The notes under the pieces: model-generated
Database searches by the model: none
The model's input: the letters and a program-made list of their open reading frames with translations, nothing else
Told to the model about the DNA's origin: nothing
Source of the DNA: Acidimicrobiia bacterium
GTDB taxonomy: Bacteria > Actinomycetota > Acidimicrobiia > Spongiisociales > UBA5794
Reading direction: 5' to 3'
Length of the DNA stretch: 64,000 nt
NCBI GenBank assembly: GCA_013003395.1
Contig: JABDJC010000048.1
Span: forward strand, 2,615 to 66,614
Translations under genes and position numbers: made by a program
Shown here: piece after piece, positions 9,494 to 19,046 of the stretch
Layout of the letters: each line of letters begins with the position of its first letter
How positions within the stretch are numbered: position 1 is the stretch's first letter

Positions 9494-10594
9494 ATGACGA
9501 AGCTCGAGGAACTGCATGCAGCCGGTCAGTCCGTCTGGCTCGATTTCATCAGTCGCGGGATGTTGGAAGCAGGCGAACTCGATGACCTCGTTGGGCGAGG
9601 TCTCCGCGGCCTCACCAGCAACCCGTCGATCTTCCAGAAAGCCATCGGTCAGTCCGACGACTACGACGACGATCTGGCCACCTTGCTCGATGAGTCGGCA
9701 CCGGATGACATAAACGGCATCTACGAGCAGCTCGTCATCGGAGACATCCAGGCGGCCGCGGACGCATTGAGGTCGGTGTACGACTCGAGCGGCGCGACCG
9801 ATGGATTCGTTTCGCTCGAGGTCTCGCCACTGCTCGCGTCCGATACGCAAGCCACCGTGAACGAAGCGAAGCGACTGTGGAAACTCGTCGACCGTCCAAA
9901 CCTGATGATCAAGGTGCCGGCCACTCCGGAGGGAATTCCTGCGATCGAGTCACTCATCGCCGACGGCATCAACGTCAATGTGACGCTCATGTTCTCGATG
10001 GATCACTACGAAGCTGTTGCCAACGCCTATCTGCGTGGCATCTCCCAGACTGCCGATCCATCGAAGGTTGCGTCGGTGGCCTCGTTCTTCGTGAGTCGCG
10101 TCGATGGCAAGATCGACGCCGCGTTGGAGCAGATCGGGACCGACGAGGCTCTGGCCTTGCGCGGCAAGATCGCCGTCGACAACTCGAAGGCCGTGTATCA
10201 GCGCTATCAGGAACTCTTCGAGGGAGAGGCGTTCGCAGAGCTTGCCAATCGCGGCGCCCGACCTCAACGAGTTTTGTGGGCCTCGACTTCTACCAAGAAC
10301 CCTGAATACTCCGACGTGCTGTATGTGGATGAGCTCGTTGGTCCGAACACGGTCAACACGTTGCCACCCGCAACGCTCGAGGCATTCGAAGATCACGGGA
10401 CCGTCGATGCCTCAGCGATAACGAGTGACCTCGAGGCCTCGTTGTCTCGCCTCGAGCAGTTGGGGCCGGTCGGTGTCGACCTCGACGCCATCACCGATGA
10501 GCTTCAGACAGAAGGGGTCGAGTCGTTTTCGCAAGCGTTCGAGGACTTGATGTCGACCCTGGAGAAGAAGGTCGACAAACTGTCGGATGGGTGA
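9494..10594 (+). CDS. tal: transaldolase (actinobacterial long type)
   Basis: MTKLEELHAAGQSVWLDFISRG...LTSNPSIFQKAI. The start is taken at ATG 9494; the track ORF begins earlier, at 9464. Confidence 0.85.
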   Translation: MTKLEELHAAGQSVWLDFISRGMLEAGELDDLVGRGLRGLTSNPSIFQKAIGQSDDYDDDLATLLDESAPDDINGIYEQLVIGDIQAAADALRSVYDSSGATDGFVSLEVSPLLASDTQATVNEAKRLWKLVDRPNLMIKVPATPEGIPAIESLIADGINVNVTLMFSMDHYEAVANAYLRGISQTADPSKVASVASFFVSRVDGKIDAALEQIGTDEALALRGKIAVDNSKAVYQRYQELFEGEAFAELANRGARPQRVLWASTSTKNPEYSDVLYVDELVGPNTVNTLPPATLEAFEDHGTVDASAITSDLEASLSRLEQLGPVGVDLDAITDELQTEGVESFSQAFEDLMSTLEKKVDKLSDG

Positions 10595-10653
10595 CCGGCT
10601 GCGCCCAACCGAAAGCGAGGCCGTAGGCGTCACTCTTTCCCGAGCGGCGCGCC

Positions 10654-11256
10654 GTGGCTGACATAACGACACTGCTGTTCGACGTTGGCGGAGTGATTCT
10701 GACCAACGGATGGGACACCTCGTCTCGCCAAGCGTGCATCGAGGCGTTCGACCTCGACTGGGATGAGTTCGACGATCGCCACTTGTACGTTGCCGGAGAG
10801 TTCGAGACCGGACGATTGACCCTCGATGGCTATCTCGACCGGACGGTGTTCTACAAAACGAGAGAATTCACGAGGGACGAGTTCAAGGCAGCGATGCGAC
10901 AGCAGTCTCAACGATTGCCTGAGACCTTGGAACTCGTAGCCGGCCTTTCTCCCGGACGGTTGCTGGCCACGCTCAACAACGAGTCGCGCGAGCTCAACGA
11001 ACACCGGATCAGGACATTCGGCCTCGCGGACGTATTCACCGTGTTCTTGTCCTCGTGCTACCTCGGGGTGAAAAAGCCCGACGCCCGCATCTACGAGATG
11101 GCCCTCGAGCTGACGCAGAGCGACCCGAGCCAATGTGTGTTCGTGGACGACAGGGCAATCAACCTCGAATGCGCAAATACCCTCGGAATCAACGGCATAC
11201 TGTTCGAGAATCCGACTCGGCTTCGATACGATCTTCAAGCGCTGGGTGTCGAATGA
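10654..11256 (+). CDS. HAD-superfamily hydrolase
   Basis: HAD motif I (LLFDVGGVIL), the downstream motif (SSCYLGVKKPDARIY) and motif IV (VFVDDRAIN) are present. The start is GTG. Confidence 0.7.
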   Translation: MADITTLLFDVGGVILTNGWDTSSRQACIEAFDLDWDEFDDRHLYVAGEFETGRLTLDGYLDRTVFYKTREFTRDEFKAAMRQQSQRLPETLELVAGLSPGRLLATLNNESRELNEHRIRTFGLADVFTVFLSSCYLGVKKPDARIYEMALELTQSDPSQCVFVDDRAINLECANTLGINGILFENPTRLRYDLQALGVE

Positions 11257-11328
11257 GACACCATCGCAACAAGAAAGGCTCGATCTGCGTAGTGTGACCC
11301 CTTCGGGACATCGAGAATGGTGACGTAG

Positions 11329-12252
11329 GTGCAACCAGCCACAACCAGAACGCGTCCACTGAAGCGCCCCCTTCGGCTTCGCGGCAGTCAGCTGAAGGCC
11401 TACTGGTATCTGGCGCCGACCATGGTCGTGCTTGCCATCTTCGTGTACTGGCCGATCGTCGAATCGCTGCGTTTGAGCCTGAATCGCGTGGCACCTTTCG
11501 GCAACGCCGAGATCTTCGTCGGCTTGGATCAGTACACCCGGCTGTTGACCAGTGGCGAATTCTGGAACAACGTGCTCGTGTCGATCTACTTCATGCTCGG
11601 TACCGTTCCAGTCGGCATCGGCCTCGCAGTGGTGATCGCGCTGCTGTTGTCGTATCCGGTGCGGCGCCTGTCGTGGGCGCACCGAATGCTCATCTTCGTC
11701 CCGGTGGTCATCTCGAGTGCCGTTGCGGGCGTGTTGTTCCGCTGGTTGTACAACCCGGTCGTAGGACATATCAACACCTGGTTGGGTGCCTTCGGGATCG
11801 ATGGCCCCAACTGGCTCAACACACGGACTTGGGCGTTGTTCGCGGTGACCGTCGCCGTCGTTTGGCGCCAACTGGGTTTCAACGTGATCATTGCGCTTGC
11901 CGGCCTCCAACAGATCGATGACTCCTACTACGACGCCGCCAAAGTCGACGGTGCAGGCACGTGGGACCGCATCCGCTACGTGACGCTTCCACTGTTGTCG
12001 CCAACCCTCTTGTTCTTGGTGGTCATCAACGTGATCATCAGCTTCCAGGCGTTCGGCGAGATCGACATCTTGACCATGGGTGGCCCAGGTCAGGCCACAG
12101 AGAACCTCGTCTATTCGGTGTTCGTCGACGGATTCGTCGGCACGAGATTCCGGGGACTGGCATCTGCGCAGGCGTTCCTGCTGGCCTTGCTCGTCATGGG
12201 CGTGTCGTTCGTTCAGTTCAGAGGATTCCGATCGAGAGTGCACTACGGATGA
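11329..12252 (+). CDS. ugpA: carbohydrate/glycerol-3-phosphate-type ABC transporter permease (UgpA/MalF-like)
   Basis: Six TM helices and the EAA loop (DDSYYDAAKVDGAGTWDRIRYVTLPLLSP). Confidence 0.8.
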   Translation: MQPATTRTRPLKRPLRLRGSQLKAYWYLAPTMVVLAIFVYWPIVESLRLSLNRVAPFGNAEIFVGLDQYTRLLTSGEFWNNVLVSIYFMLGTVPVGIGLAVVIALLLSYPVRRLSWAHRMLIFVPVVISSAVAGVLFRWLYNPVVGHINTWLGAFGIDGPNWLNTRTWALFAVTVAVVWRQLGFNVIIALAGLQQIDDSYYDAAKVDGAGTWDRIRYVTLPLLSPTLLFLVVINVIISFQAFGEIDILTMGGPGQATENLVYSVFVDGFVGTRFRGLASAQAFLLALLVMGVSFVQFRGFRSRVHYG

Positions 12253-13142
12253 CCGCCATCGAAGCCGACCTCGCCACGATGTCGACACAAGAGTCGACGT
12301 CGACGCCACCTGCCGAAACGTCTGGCCGAGGAGAGTTTCCTCTCCATCTCGTCTTGTTCACGATCGGAATCATCGTGTCGACGCCGATCATCGTTGCGAT
12401 CTTCACGAGCTTCACCTCATTGAATCGCATCCTCGCCGACCCAAACTCCATCTGGTCAGCCCCTTGGACCTTCGAGAACTATGTGAGCGCGTGGACGGCT
12501 ACCCCGTTTGGGCGCTTCATGATCAACAGCTTCATCCAAACGGGAATCATCACGATCGCCCAGGTCACGTTCAGCATCCTGGCCGGCTTTGCGTTTGCGA
12601 TCTTCCGGTTCCCAGGAAGGAACATTCTGTTTGGCATCGTTCTCGGGAGCCTGATGGTGCCGTTCGAACTCACATTCATCCCCAACTTCATTCTCATCAG
12701 CAACCTCGGCTGGGCGAACACCTACCAGGGGCTCACCATCCCCTTCTTGGCAAGCGCGTTCGGCGTGTTCATGCTTCGGCAGTTCTTCATGGCACTTCCG
12801 AGAGATCTGTACGAAGCGGCGAAGATCGATGGCGCTTCGGACTGGTACTATCTCTGGCGCATCATGGTCCCGCTCAGCAAGGGCGCCATTTCGGCCCTCA
12901 CGATCTTTTCGTTCTTGGGAGCCTGGAACCAGTATCTGTGGCCGCTGGTCATAACCAACGAGGAGTCGATGCGCACGGCACAGATCGGGATTCGGTTTTT
13001 CATGGCCAACCAGGAACGTGCATTCGATTGGGGAGCCATCATGGCTGGAGCAACGATCGTGATGCTCCCGACACTGCTCGTCTTCTTGGTAGCTCAGAAA
13101 CAGCTCGTGAAGGGTATCGCGATGTCAGGTCTCAAGGGTTGA
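12249..13142 (+). CDS. ugpE: ABC transporter permease (UgpE/MalG-like)
   Basis: The ATG at 12249 overlaps the upstream stop (ATGA). EAA loop: LYEAAKIDGASDWYYLWRIMVPLSKGAI. Confidence 0.8.
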   Translation: MTAIEADLATMSTQESTSTPPAETSGRGEFPLHLVLFTIGIIVSTPIIVAIFTSFTSLNRILADPNSIWSAPWTFENYVSAWTATPFGRFMINSFIQTGIITIAQVTFSILAGFAFAIFRFPGRNILFGIVLGSLMVPFELTFIPNFILISNLGWANTYQGLTIPFLASAFGVFMLRQFFMALPRDLYEAAKIDGASDWYYLWRIMVPLSKGAISALTIFSFLGAWNQYLWPLVITNEESMRTAQIGIRFFMANQERAFDWGAIMAGATIVMLPTLLVFLVAQKQLVKGIAMSGLKG

Positions 13143-13170
13143 CACAACAAGTGATCGAGAAAGGGAAGAT

Positions 13171-14571
13171 ATGAAGAAACTGAGGACCATCTTGGTACTT
13201 CTGGCTGCCTTCGCATTGGTTGCCGCTGCATGCGGCGACAGCGATGGCGGGGATACGACGGCGGCGCCGAGCGCGACCACCGCTGCTCCAGGAGCAACTA
13301 CCGCCGCACCGTCGGGCGACGCCATAACGATCGAGTTCTGGCACGCCATGGCGGACGATCTCGGAGCCGTGGTTGACGAGCTCGTCGACCGTTACAACGC
13401 CAGTCAGAGCGACGTCGTTGTCAATGCGACCTTCCAGGGTTCGTATGACGACACGTACAACGCACTGTTGGCTTCGTTCGATGCCGGCACCGCGCCGAAC
13501 ATCGTCCAGAACTTCGACCTCGCAGCGCAGACGATGTTCGACACCGGGCGTCTCGTCCCGGCGCATGAACTCATGGCTGAGGGTGAAGCGGATGGTTTCC
13601 TGGCAGCGCCAAGGGACTACTACTCCGATGACACGGGCATGGTCGCTCTTGCGTTCAACAGCTCGACGCCCATCGTCTATTACAACGCCGAGATGTTCGA
13701 GGCAGCCGGGCTCGATCAGCCTGATCCCGACTGGAATTTCAGCGACTTCTTGGACGCATGTGAAGCGATCGAGGCTTCCGGAGTCCAGTTCTGTGCGACC
13801 TTCGGAACGGTCGGATGGTTCTTCGAGCAGATTCTCGCCAACAGTGGCGGGTTGTACTTCAACAACGACAATGGCCGTACCGCTCGGGCGACCGAGGTTG
13901 AGTTCAACAAGGGCCAGGGCGTCGAAGTCTTCGACTTCCTCACCGGACTCATCGCTGACGGCCATGCGCCGAACCTCGGCAACACGTGGAGTGACACGGA
14001 CAGCGTGTTCTTCGCAGGCGAAGCCGCGATGATCTTCGACTCGACTTCTGGTGCTCGCGGGTTCCAGGACAACGCCGACTTCGAGGTCAAGACCGCGTTC
14101 ATCCCACACAGTGACTCGAGTGAGCGCAACGGAGTCGTCATCGGTGGAGCTGCCTTGTGGCTCATCGATTCCGGCGACGATGCAACCAACCAGGCTGCTT
14201 GGGACTTCATGCGGTACATGACCTTGGCCGATCAGCAGATCACCTGGCACACCGGCACCGGGTACTTCCCCGTGATCGCCAGCCTGCAGGATGCACCGAC
14301 TCCTGAGCTGTCCACGTTCTGGGACGAGAACCCGAACTTCGTGACAGCGATCGATCAGCTGGCGACGACGAGGACCGTGAACGACGACGGATCGCCGAAC
14401 TACGCAGTGCTCGGAGGACGAGCCGGACCGTTCCCCGAGATCCGCCGCATCATTGTCGAGGCGTACAGCGCGGTACTCGACGGCGGATCAACGCCACAAG
14501 AAGCACTGGACGAAGCAGCCGAACGCGCCAACGAGGCGTTGGCCGGTTACAACGCCTTCTTCGACGGCTGA
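13171..14571 (+). CDS. ABC transporter extracellular solute-binding lipoprotein (family 1, UgpB-like)
   Basis: Lipoprotein signal MKKLRTILVLLAAFALVAAAC. Family-1 solute-binding protein features are present. An RBS (gagaaaggg) precedes the start. Confidence 0.8.
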   Translation: MKKLRTILVLLAAFALVAAACGDSDGGDTTAAPSATTAAPGATTAAPSGDAITIEFWHAMADDLGAVVDELVDRYNASQSDVVVNATFQGSYDDTYNALLASFDAGTAPNIVQNFDLAAQTMFDTGRLVPAHELMAEGEADGFLAAPRDYYSDDTGMVALAFNSSTPIVYYNAEMFEAAGLDQPDPDWNFSDFLDACEAIEASGVQFCATFGTVGWFFEQILANSGGLYFNNDNGRTARATEVEFNKGQGVEVFDFLTGLIADGHAPNLGNTWSDTDSVFFAGEAAMIFDSTSGARGFQDNADFEVKTAFIPHSDSSERNGVVIGGAALWLIDSGDDATNQAAWDFMRYMTLADQQITWHTGTGYFPVIASLQDAPTPELSTFWDENPNFVTAIDQLATTRTVNDDGSPNYAVLGGRAGPFPEIRRIIVEAYSAVLDGGSTPQEALDEAAERANEALAGYNAFFDG

Positions 14572-14579
14572 TCCACACC

Positions 14580-15599
14580 ATGACCATCACCAAGGGCCGG
14601 CGGAGTTCCATCTCCGCCGGCCCGTTCTCTCGGCTGTGGCTCGCAGGGCTCGTGATGGCAGTGCTGTCTGTCGGCTGCGCTAGGGCGGCGAACGACACGT
14701 CAGCCGCCCTGACGACGTCATCGAGCTCAGCGCAACACAGCTACGACCTACAAGGGCACCGAGGAGCGCGAGGGCTCTCGCCTGAGAACACGCTGCCGTC
14801 GTTCGAAACTGCACTCGATCTCGGCGTAACCACTCTCGAGCTGGACCTCCACCTCTCAGGGGACGGGCAGGTGGTGGTCTGGCACGACCCGCTCATCGAT
14901 CCCACCAAGTGCCACACCGCAGACGGTGAAGGCGCTCCAGCGGCGATCGTGGCCGAAACGCTGGCGGCGGAGCTCTCGCAGTTGGAGTGCGACGGGAACC
15001 CAGACAGTCAGCGTTTCCCTGATCAATCGGCGGAACCAACTGCGCTCGCCGGTAACAACTTTGGCATCGTGACGCTGGGACAGCTGTTCGAGTTCGTTGC
15101 TGCCTACGCCGAGTCAGAACTCAAGACCGAGGGCCAACGTCGCAACGCCGCTGCAGTTCGTTTCAACATCGAGACCAAACGCGTGCCCGACAAACCGTGG
15201 GCAATCGGAGATGACTTCGATGGGACTACCGCAGGACGTTTCGAGCTCGCCATCCTCGACTTGCTCGACCAGCACGGAGTTGGTGAGCGCACCACGGTGC
15301 AGAGCTTCGACCACCGGTCGCTCTGGGCGATCCACGCGGTCGCACCCACCCAAGAACTCGCAGCGCTGACGCGAAGCGGCGACATACCTGACTTCACCGC
15401 CCTTGCTGAACAGGGAGCCACCACATGGGCGCCCGCGTTCGGCTCGATCACGCGTGACCGCGTCGCTGCTGCTCACGAAGCGGGTCTGTTGGTTGTTCCG
15501 TGGACGGTGAACGAGACCGACGAGATGCGTGTGCTGCTCGACTCAGGCGTCGACGGGATCATCACCGACCGTCCGGATCTCGCCCCCCCGTCACAGTGA
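14580..15599 (+). CDS. glpQ: secreted glycerophosphodiester phosphodiesterase
   Basis: N-terminal signal peptide. GDPD motifs HRGARGLSPENTLPSFETALDLGVTTLELDLHLSGDGQVVVWHD. Confidence 0.8.
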   Translation: MTITKGRRSSISAGPFSRLWLAGLVMAVLSVGCARAANDTSAALTTSSSSAQHSYDLQGHRGARGLSPENTLPSFETALDLGVTTLELDLHLSGDGQVVVWHDPLIDPTKCHTADGEGAPAAIVAETLAAELSQLECDGNPDSQRFPDQSAEPTALAGNNFGIVTLGQLFEFVAAYAESELKTEGQRRNAAAVRFNIETKRVPDKPWAIGDDFDGTTAGRFELAILDLLDQHGVGERTTVQSFDHRSLWAIHAVAPTQELAALTRSGDIPDFTALAEQGATTWAPAFGSITRDRVAAAHEAGLLVVPWTVNETDEMRVLLDSGVDGIITDRPDLAPPSQ

Positions 15600-18133
15600 G
15601 ACTGACGGCGTTCGGAGTGGCAACCGTTGCGATGCTTTTCACGCTCCTCACGTCTTGCTCCAGTGACAACGACGCCACCTCGGTGAGCGTTGAAACCGTG
15701 GCCACCGGCCTCCTCAACCCAGTCGGCCTCGCTGTGATGACCGACGGATCCATCCTCATCGCCGAGGAAGGGACCGGCTTGGACGATGCGAGCGCAGGGG
15801 TGTCGCTGATCGCCGATGGAGAAGCGAATCGAGTCGTCAGCGGTCTCAAAAGCGGACGCGACAGCGGCGACCTCTCTGGTGTTCCGCTCGTCGGGGTGGC
15901 TCCAGACGGTCGAACCATCTACACCACACACTTCGGCCTCGGAGGCCTGTACACGTTCGAGCTCCCCGAATCGAAGTCGTCGACGACTGTCCTCGGACCA
16001 GACGACTTGTCGCTGACGATGACGCCACTCAATCGGGTACGGCTCGTCAACCCGTTCGACATTGCGTTCTCTCCGGACGGTCAGCCGGTGGTGACCGACG
16101 CCAGTGACAACGGCGTGGCAATTCGGACAGCCGAAGGGTCTACTGAATTCATTCATCGGTTCGGCGAGCTGCAGGATCCGACGAACGACACCCTTCGCAT
16201 CGACCCCGTGCCGACAGGCATAAGTCGGCAAGGCAGCGAGTATTTCGTATCGCTCACCGGTGGCTGTCCCTATCCGCTCGGATCAGGTCAGGTGGTCGCC
16301 ATCGACGGTCAGCAGAATGAACGACTCGTGGTCGATGGTCTCAACATGCCGATCGACGTCGCCCACGACTCGGCTGGCACGTTGTGGGTGCTCGAGTTCA
16401 CCAGATTCGATCCCGAGGCGTCCTGTTTCACCGGCGAGGGCTACCAGCGTGAAACCGGACGCCTGAGTCGGGTCATCAACGGCGAGTTGGAGGTCGTGGC
16501 GGAAGGCCTGGATCTGCCGACGTCGATGGCCTTCGGGGCAGACGGCTCGATCTACGTCAGTGAGCTGGCAGCCGGCCGAGTCGTCCGCATCACCGGCTTT
16601 GACCAGCAAGCGGCGAGGCCAGAGCCTCCGCCCGAAAGCGAACAACTGACCTTCACCGACGTCGCCGACGACGTCGGATTGACGTTTTCACACAACGCGT
16701 TCGCCAGCGGATCGTTCACCGATCCAACGGCGCAAATGGGCGGCGGCGTATGTTGGCTCGACGCCGATACCGACGGGCGTCTCGACCTGTACCTCGTGGA
16801 CTACAACGGAAGCAACAGGTTGTTCATGAACACCGTCGACGGCTTCGCCGACGCCAGCACCGAAAGCAACACCGATCTTCGCGTTGCAGGAATGGGCTGC
16901 GTCGTTGCCGACTTCACCGGCGACGGATCACCGGACATGTTAGTGACTACCGACGGCACGGACGTATTACTCGTCAACGACGGAACGGGCACCTTCGATC
17001 AAACTGCGCTTGGGTCACCGGAATGGACCACGGGTGCCACCGCCGCCGACGTCGACCTCGACGGCGACCTCGACCTGTTCGTCGGCGCATATCTCGACCT
17101 GGCGGTGAAGATCGACAAGCCGAGCGGTGCGTACCCACAAGATCATCCCGGCCTGCTCAACCATCTGTACCTCAACAACGGTGCCGGCGACTTCACCGAG
17201 GTGACCCTTGATGCCGGATTGATCGATAAACGGCGGACGCTTGGAACGGTTTTCAGCGATTTCGACGGCGATGGTGACGCCGACCTGTACGTGGCCAACG
17301 ACGGCGAAAGCAATCGCTTCTATGAGAATCGCCAGGGCGAAGGGCAGCTCGGCTTTCTCTACGTCGACGTGAGTGACACCGCGGGCACTGACGACTCCGG
17401 AAGCGGCATGGGGATCGCCGCTGCGGACTATGACGCTGACGGTTTCACGGACCTGATGGTGACCAACTGGGATCGTGAACTGCATGCGCTCTACCGAGGC
17501 GCAGACTCCGGTTCGTTCACCTACAGCACGTTTCGGATGGGATACGCCGGCTTCGGCCGTGGCGAAACCGGTTGGGGAACGTCGTGGGCGGACTTCGACA
17601 ATGACAGCGATCTCGACTTGTTCATCGCCAACGGACACGTCCCTGTCACGGACCTCGAGGCCGACGGCGAGATGCTCGAACTGTTCATGAACTTGGCAGA
17701 CGAAGGCACCAGCGGTCAGTTTCGATTCGCAGATTCGGTCGGGCTCACCGATATCGGCCCGCTCCATGCACGAGGCAGCGCGATAGCCGACTTCGACAAC
17801 GACGGTGACTTGGACGTTGCGATCAACAACATCGGCGGAAGCGTCGTCCTGCTTGCCAACAACGGCAGCACAGGTGCCTGGTTCGGTGTTGCAGTGATGC
17901 CACCGACCCCAGGCACCGTCCTCAGTGTCGTTCTCGACGACGGCCGTACCGTTCGACGCGAGCTGCTTGCGGGCAGCAGCTATCTCTCGTCAGAAGATCC
18001 ACGATTCTTCATCGGACTGGGCGCGTCGACGGAAGCCGTACAGGCAACGGTCACCTGGCCAGACGGTCTGCAGGTCGATCTGCCGGACCTGACGTCCAAC
18101 AGATGGCACGGCCTCGCCCGTCCTACGGAGTGA
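15596..18133 (+). CDS. large lipoprotein: N-terminal beta-propeller-like region plus FG-GAP/VCBS repeats and a C-terminal ASPIC/UnbV domain (CRTAC1-family-like)
   Basis: GTG at 15596 overlaps the glpQ stop (GTGA). Lipobox LLTSC. Repeated FG-GAP-like units (DFTGDGSPDMLV, DVDLDGDLDLFV, DFDGDGDADLYVAN, DYDADGFTDLMV, DFDNDSDLDLFIAN, DFDNDGDLDVAINN). C-terminal LAGSSYLSSEDPRFFIGLG is typical of ASPIC/UnbV. Confidence 0.7.
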   Translation: MRLTAFGVATVAMLFTLLTSCSSDNDATSVSVETVATGLLNPVGLAVMTDGSILIAEEGTGLDDASAGVSLIADGEANRVVSGLKSGRDSGDLSGVPLVGVAPDGRTIYTTHFGLGGLYTFELPESKSSTTVLGPDDLSLTMTPLNRVRLVNPFDIAFSPDGQPVVTDASDNGVAIRTAEGSTEFIHRFGELQDPTNDTLRIDPVPTGISRQGSEYFVSLTGGCPYPLGSGQVVAIDGQQNERLVVDGLNMPIDVAHDSAGTLWVLEFTRFDPEASCFTGEGYQRETGRLSRVINGELEVVAEGLDLPTSMAFGADGSIYVSELAAGRVVRITGFDQQAARPEPPPESEQLTFTDVADDVGLTFSHNAFASGSFTDPTAQMGGGVCWLDADTDGRLDLYLVDYNGSNRLFMNTVDGFADASTESNTDLRVAGMGCVVADFTGDGSPDMLVTTDGTDVLLVNDGTGTFDQTALGSPEWTTGATAADVDLDGDLDLFVGAYLDLAVKIDKPSGAYPQDHPGLLNHLYLNNGAGDFTEVTLDAGLIDKRRTLGTVFSDFDGDGDADLYVANDGESNRFYENRQGEGQLGFLYVDVSDTAGTDDSGSGMGIAAADYDADGFTDLMVTNWDRELHALYRGADSGSFTYSTFRMGYAGFGRGETGWGTSWADFDNDSDLDLFIANGHVPVTDLEADGEMLELFMNLADEGTSGQFRFADSVGLTDIGPLHARGSAIADFDNDGDLDVAINNIGGSVVLLANNGSTGAWFGVAVMPPTPGTVLSVVLDDGRTVRRELLAGSSYLSSEDPRFFIGLGASTEAVQATVTWPDGLQVDLPDLTSNRWHGLARPTE

Positions 18134-18170
18134 CACAACGGCACTGACCGCAGCCGACCGGAACAGTCGT

Positions 18171-19046
18171 CTACTCGGGCACGCTGTGAATGCCATCGGC
18201 CGCGAGTGACGACTTGACGGCGGTGCCGATCGGGTCGAGGCGTGGATTCACCCCGGCGACCATGTTCTCGGCTCTACGGGTTATCGCTTTCGACCATTGG
18301 GGATGCGTGAAGAGGTAGAGCTGACCGGCCACGACTGCATCGAGAACAGAAGAAGCCACTACGACGGCATCGATCCCCTCGCTGAGCACGACGCTCTCCA
18401 GGGCAGCGTCGATGCGAGCCGAAGCGGCACTCCTCTGACCGGGTTCGGCAGCGTTGAGCCCGATCGAAGTGTTGACCCATCCCGGGCACAGCACCGTGAC
18501 GCCGATCGGCGCTCCAACCACGTCGAGATCGTGGAACAGCGTTTCTGACAGCGCTACAACTGCGAACTTCGCAGTCCGGTAGGCGGCCATGCCCGCACCG
18601 GTGACAACACCCGCCATCGACGATGTGTTGACGACATGCGCCGGCTCGTCCTGGCGGATCATGAGCGGAACGAACGCCTCGATGCCGTTCAGCACGCCCC
18701 AGAAATCGACGTCCATGACGTCGTTCCATTCACGCCGTGAGGTCTCCCATGAGAGTCCCCCTCCGCCGATCCCGGCGTTGTTGCAGAGAAGGTGTGCGCC
18801 GCCAAAGTGCTCCACTGTGGTCGAGGCCAGCGCTTCGACCGACGCCTTGGATGTCACGTCCGTTGGGACCGCCATCGCGGCCGCTCCCTTGGCCCCAAGC
18901 TCGGCAGCGAGCTGATCGATGCCGGCGTCGTCCAGATCGGCCAGAACGACGCGCATACCTCTGTCGGCACACTCGCGAGCTATCGCCGCCCCGATGCCGG
19001 ACGCCGCGCCCGTGATGACTGCGACCTTGCCCCGCAGCTCCTTCAT
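18171..19046 (-). CDS. short-chain dehydrogenase/reductase (SDR)
   Basis: Rossmann motif GKVAVITGAASGIGAAIA. Catalytic YxxxK region AYRTAKFAV. Confidence 0.8.
   Translation of the reverse strand: MKELRGKVAVITGAASGIGAAIARECADRGMRVVLADLDDAGIDQLAAELGAKGAAAMAVPTDVTSKASVEALASTTVEHFGGAHLLCNNAGIGGGGLSWETSRREWNDVMDVDFWGVLNGIEAFVPLMIRQDEPAHVVNTSSMAGVVTGAGMAAYRTAKFAVVALSETLFHDLDVVGAPIGVTVLCPGWVNTSIGLNAAEPGQRSAASARIDAALESVVLSEGIDAVVVASSVLDAVVAGQLYLFTHPQWSKAITRRAENMVAGVNPRLDPIGTAVKSSLAADGIHSVPE

Noticed and set aside
10630-12309. 559-aa minus-strand ORF
   Set aside because: It is antisense to the HAD hydrolase and ugpA/ugpE genes. Its Arg/His/Gln-rich composition shows no protein-like pattern. It is a typical high-GC antisense artefact.
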